A stretch of 64,000 nt of DNA from Felis catus (taxonomy: Eukaryota), in NCBI RefSeq assembly GCF_018350175.1, contig NC_058373.1, positions 116,748,001 to 116,812,000 of the forward strand, written 5' to 3'. The notes under the pieces were generated by a model. That model was not told the DNA's origin and did no database searches. It saw only the letters and a program-made list of their open reading frames with translations. Shown here piece after piece: positions 61,507 through 64,000 of this stretch. Within the stretch, counting starts at the first letter, position 1; every line of letters starts with the position of its first letter. Position numbers and translations under genes: made by a program.

Positions 61507-63357
61507 GTAAGAAACACTTACACTCTCCTGCTAGGCTTATTTCCGTCCTGCTGTGTTGATGTTCATCTGCTAAATTGCCCATAAAACAATATTGCCATTT
61601 ACTGCAGAACACCGCCGGGGATGGGGGAGAGGAAGCCAGAGAAGGAGGACGCGGCCCCCAAACATTTGACGACGGTAATCAAAGTAGCTAGGATCGGACT
61701 GTTAAAAAGAAACGGTGTTCTCAGAAGCGTGGATGGAGCGATAGGGCAGGGGTGCAACTCACGCGGGATTGCTCCTGGATAGGGTCGTGTAAATGTCACT
61801 ATAGTTAGGTGAATGTTAGAGCGACTAAAAGTTCCAGAATCTTGTAGCCATCTGGTCATAAGCCCTGGAATTTTTTACTTTCGTTGATTTATCTTGTAAT
61901 CCCCATGCTTATGGATGCAGTCAATCTTCATGATAAGGGTTTTCTTATTCATTTTTGTCTTCTATTAAGATTGAGGTTTTTTTGTTTGCCTCTTTTCTAT
62001 TTTTATTGTTCGTACTCTAATTGAATCCCTAAGGAAATAGGCCTCTTAGCTTTGGTATTAGTTTGGCTCCTGAAATATGTTGATTAAGAGCACAATACTG
62101 GAACAGTCTTTTTAGCTATGGCTCATGAACACACAAGGTTGTGCGCTCCCATTCCCCACGCCGTTAATAAAATAGTTACGTTCTCCAACATCTGTTTAGG
62201 TTACAGTGTGTTGATGTCTGCTGTGTGTCTGTGAGGAGGCAATTTTAAATTTTATCTCAGAATCCATCCATGGACACCTATGACCTGTTTTTCTTTGAGA
62301 GGGTCTTTGGATTAGCACATCTGTATGGCAGTCTATAGTAATCTCCGATTTTCTGTACAGGAAATTAAATAAGGAGTTGAGTCATGAAAACAGAAAAGCA
62401 TTCATAAACTCCACTGCAGGGAAGAATTTCCTGTTGCCATGGTTTTGCTGTTGCCAACTTGGAAACGACATGCAGGAGAGACTATTAAAGCCCATAAATA
62501 GCCTAGACTCTTAAATATTATTTTAGCGTTCCATACTCTACTTGCAATTGCGTAAAACGTTAAATCTTAATATGTCCTGAACTCTTCTTTCCCAGATTTT
62601 CTGACATTTGCCCTATACGCTTCATTCATGTTGTCCTAGTTTGCAGTGTTCTATAAATTACCACCACCACGAAGAGCTATATGAAAGCTTCTGGGAAGAG
62701 TGTACTAAGCACCCTGCTTCTATGCATGAATGGCCAGATTGGAAATTGATTAAGACTGTGTATTATTTGTGTGTTCACACATTCCCAGCCGCCTCTTGAT
62801 GATGAAAGGCAACATGAGAAAAGTATAGCAAGACCATACTTAAGCAGTGTGGCATCAAGTAAGACACTGAAATAAACAAAATAAGCACCGTACGCATATT
62901 TTGCCTCAAATCCCAATAGCTGCACAGGCTAGAGGGGGATAAGCCTGGGTTAGCTGACCTCCTCTAGCAGCATACTTGTTCTGTAATATTCAGCAGGGAA
63001 GGGTTCCTTTAAGACCCCTAGTAACCTTTCAGGGCATAGCTGATGAGCAGAGGAATGAGCAGACAGTTTCTTTTTCTGTCCTTTCAGAGTGTCAGATTTC
63101 TTCCAGGGAACAAAAAGTCGGAAAGTATTTCTACTGTAAAGCTCTAAAAGAGGCAGTTTGCATGTTTGTCTCTCTTACTTCAAGCCAGTAGTGTCAAAAC
63201 CAGCCTCTGCACGTCCCACAGCTTCTCATTGGCCATGGCACCCCCAAAGATAAGATTTTGCTCTGTGTGCTAGAAGATAATCTCACCACATTTTGTCTAA
63301 CCTTACTTTGTGTCAGGAAACTCTCTTTCAGTATAATCATTAAAAACAGAAAATGCT

Positions 63358-63625
63358 GGGGCACCTGGATGGCTCAGTCCGGTGTCTCACTTTTGATTTC
63401 AGCTCAGGTCACGACTTCATGGTTCATGAGTTTGAGCCCTGTATCGGGCTCCGCACTGAGTGTGGAGCCTGCTTGGGACCCATTCTTTCTCTCTCCTCCG
63501 CCCCCCCCCCCCCCCCGCCATTTCTCTGTCTCTCCCATGCTTGTGCTCTCTCTCTCTCTCTCTAGCTCTCTCTCTCTCTAAATAAACGAAAAAAAAAATC
63601 TTCAAAATAAATAAATAAATAATAA
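63358..63625 (+). mobile_element. Can-SINE with poly-C/CT tract
   Basis: GGGGCACCTGGATGGCTCAGTC head, CT tract, (AAAT)n tail. Confidence 0.9.
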
Positions 63626-63689
63626 GTAAGAGAAAATGTTTTCCAGGACAAGTGTTCTATAGCATCACTTCTTGTACATATGACAGTGT

Positions 63690-64000
63690 AGGTGTGATTG
63701 GATCTGTGGGTTCATAGTTTCCATCAAATAAAAGTAGTAATTGCCAATCTTCATTTTTTTTCTGTTGCCATCTTCTGAATTTCCAATTACACATACATTA
63801 GATCACTCACTAGTGTACCTCAGGTTAATAAAGCTGTTTTAATTTTTTTAACCTTTTTTTTCCTGTGCTTCCATTTGGATAATTCCTATTAGTATATCTT
63901 CCAAGTTCACTGTGCTTTTCTTCTACAGTGTCTTAATCTGCTGTTAATCCAGTCCAGTGAAATTTTCATTTGAGATATTTGTCATCTTCAGAAGCCAGAA
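63690..64000 (-). mobile_element. Old L1 ORF1-region fragment, antisense
   Basis: atcttccaagttcactg, tctgctgttaatcc, cagtgaaattttcattt are typical of antisense L1M ORF1. Confidence 0.55.

Noticed and set aside
3735..63605. Recurrent ORFs such as GAWVAQSVE..., PGACFRFCVSLSLCP..., FWDRERQSMNGGGAEREGDTESETGSRL
   Set aside because: Translations of Can-SINE copies, not a protein family.
1..64000. CRISPR array, operon, defence system, snoRNA/miRNA or processed pseudogene
   Set aside because: No regularly spaced repeat-spacer structure, dense gene organisation, convincing box C/D or H/ACA structure, or retrocopy was recognised by eye; an Rfam/BLAST search would be needed to exclude small RNAs fully.

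Overview
Eukaryotic (mammalian) genomic DNA, almost certainly from a felid: it carries about 31 carnivore Can-SINEs, seven of them near-identical copies of a young cat-type subfamily. The window covers the 5' coding part of SIPA1L1 (SPAR/E6TP1, a Rap GTPase-activating protein) on the + strand. A 1800-nt first coding exon (19225-21024, ATG at 19527) and three further coding exons (39595-39725, 45231-45419, 61332-61506) splice in frame through GT-AG introns to give 664 complete codons that reach the start of the RapGAP domain; the gene continues beyond the window. The rest is intron with Can-SINEs, L1/L2/MIR relics, hAT DNA-transposon relics and microsatellites. I found no prokaryotic-type system, CRISPR array or RNA gene. 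The most interesting items are: a candidate internal first exon giving an N-truncated isoform; a leader with seven upstream ATGs, one of whose ORFs stops on the main ATG; inverted young SINEs flanking the giant exon (circRNA potential); a SINE carrying a 3' read-through tag from its source locus; and a SINE with a duplicated 5' head. Comparisons with human SIPA1L1 and repeat subfamily names are from memory and were not computed.
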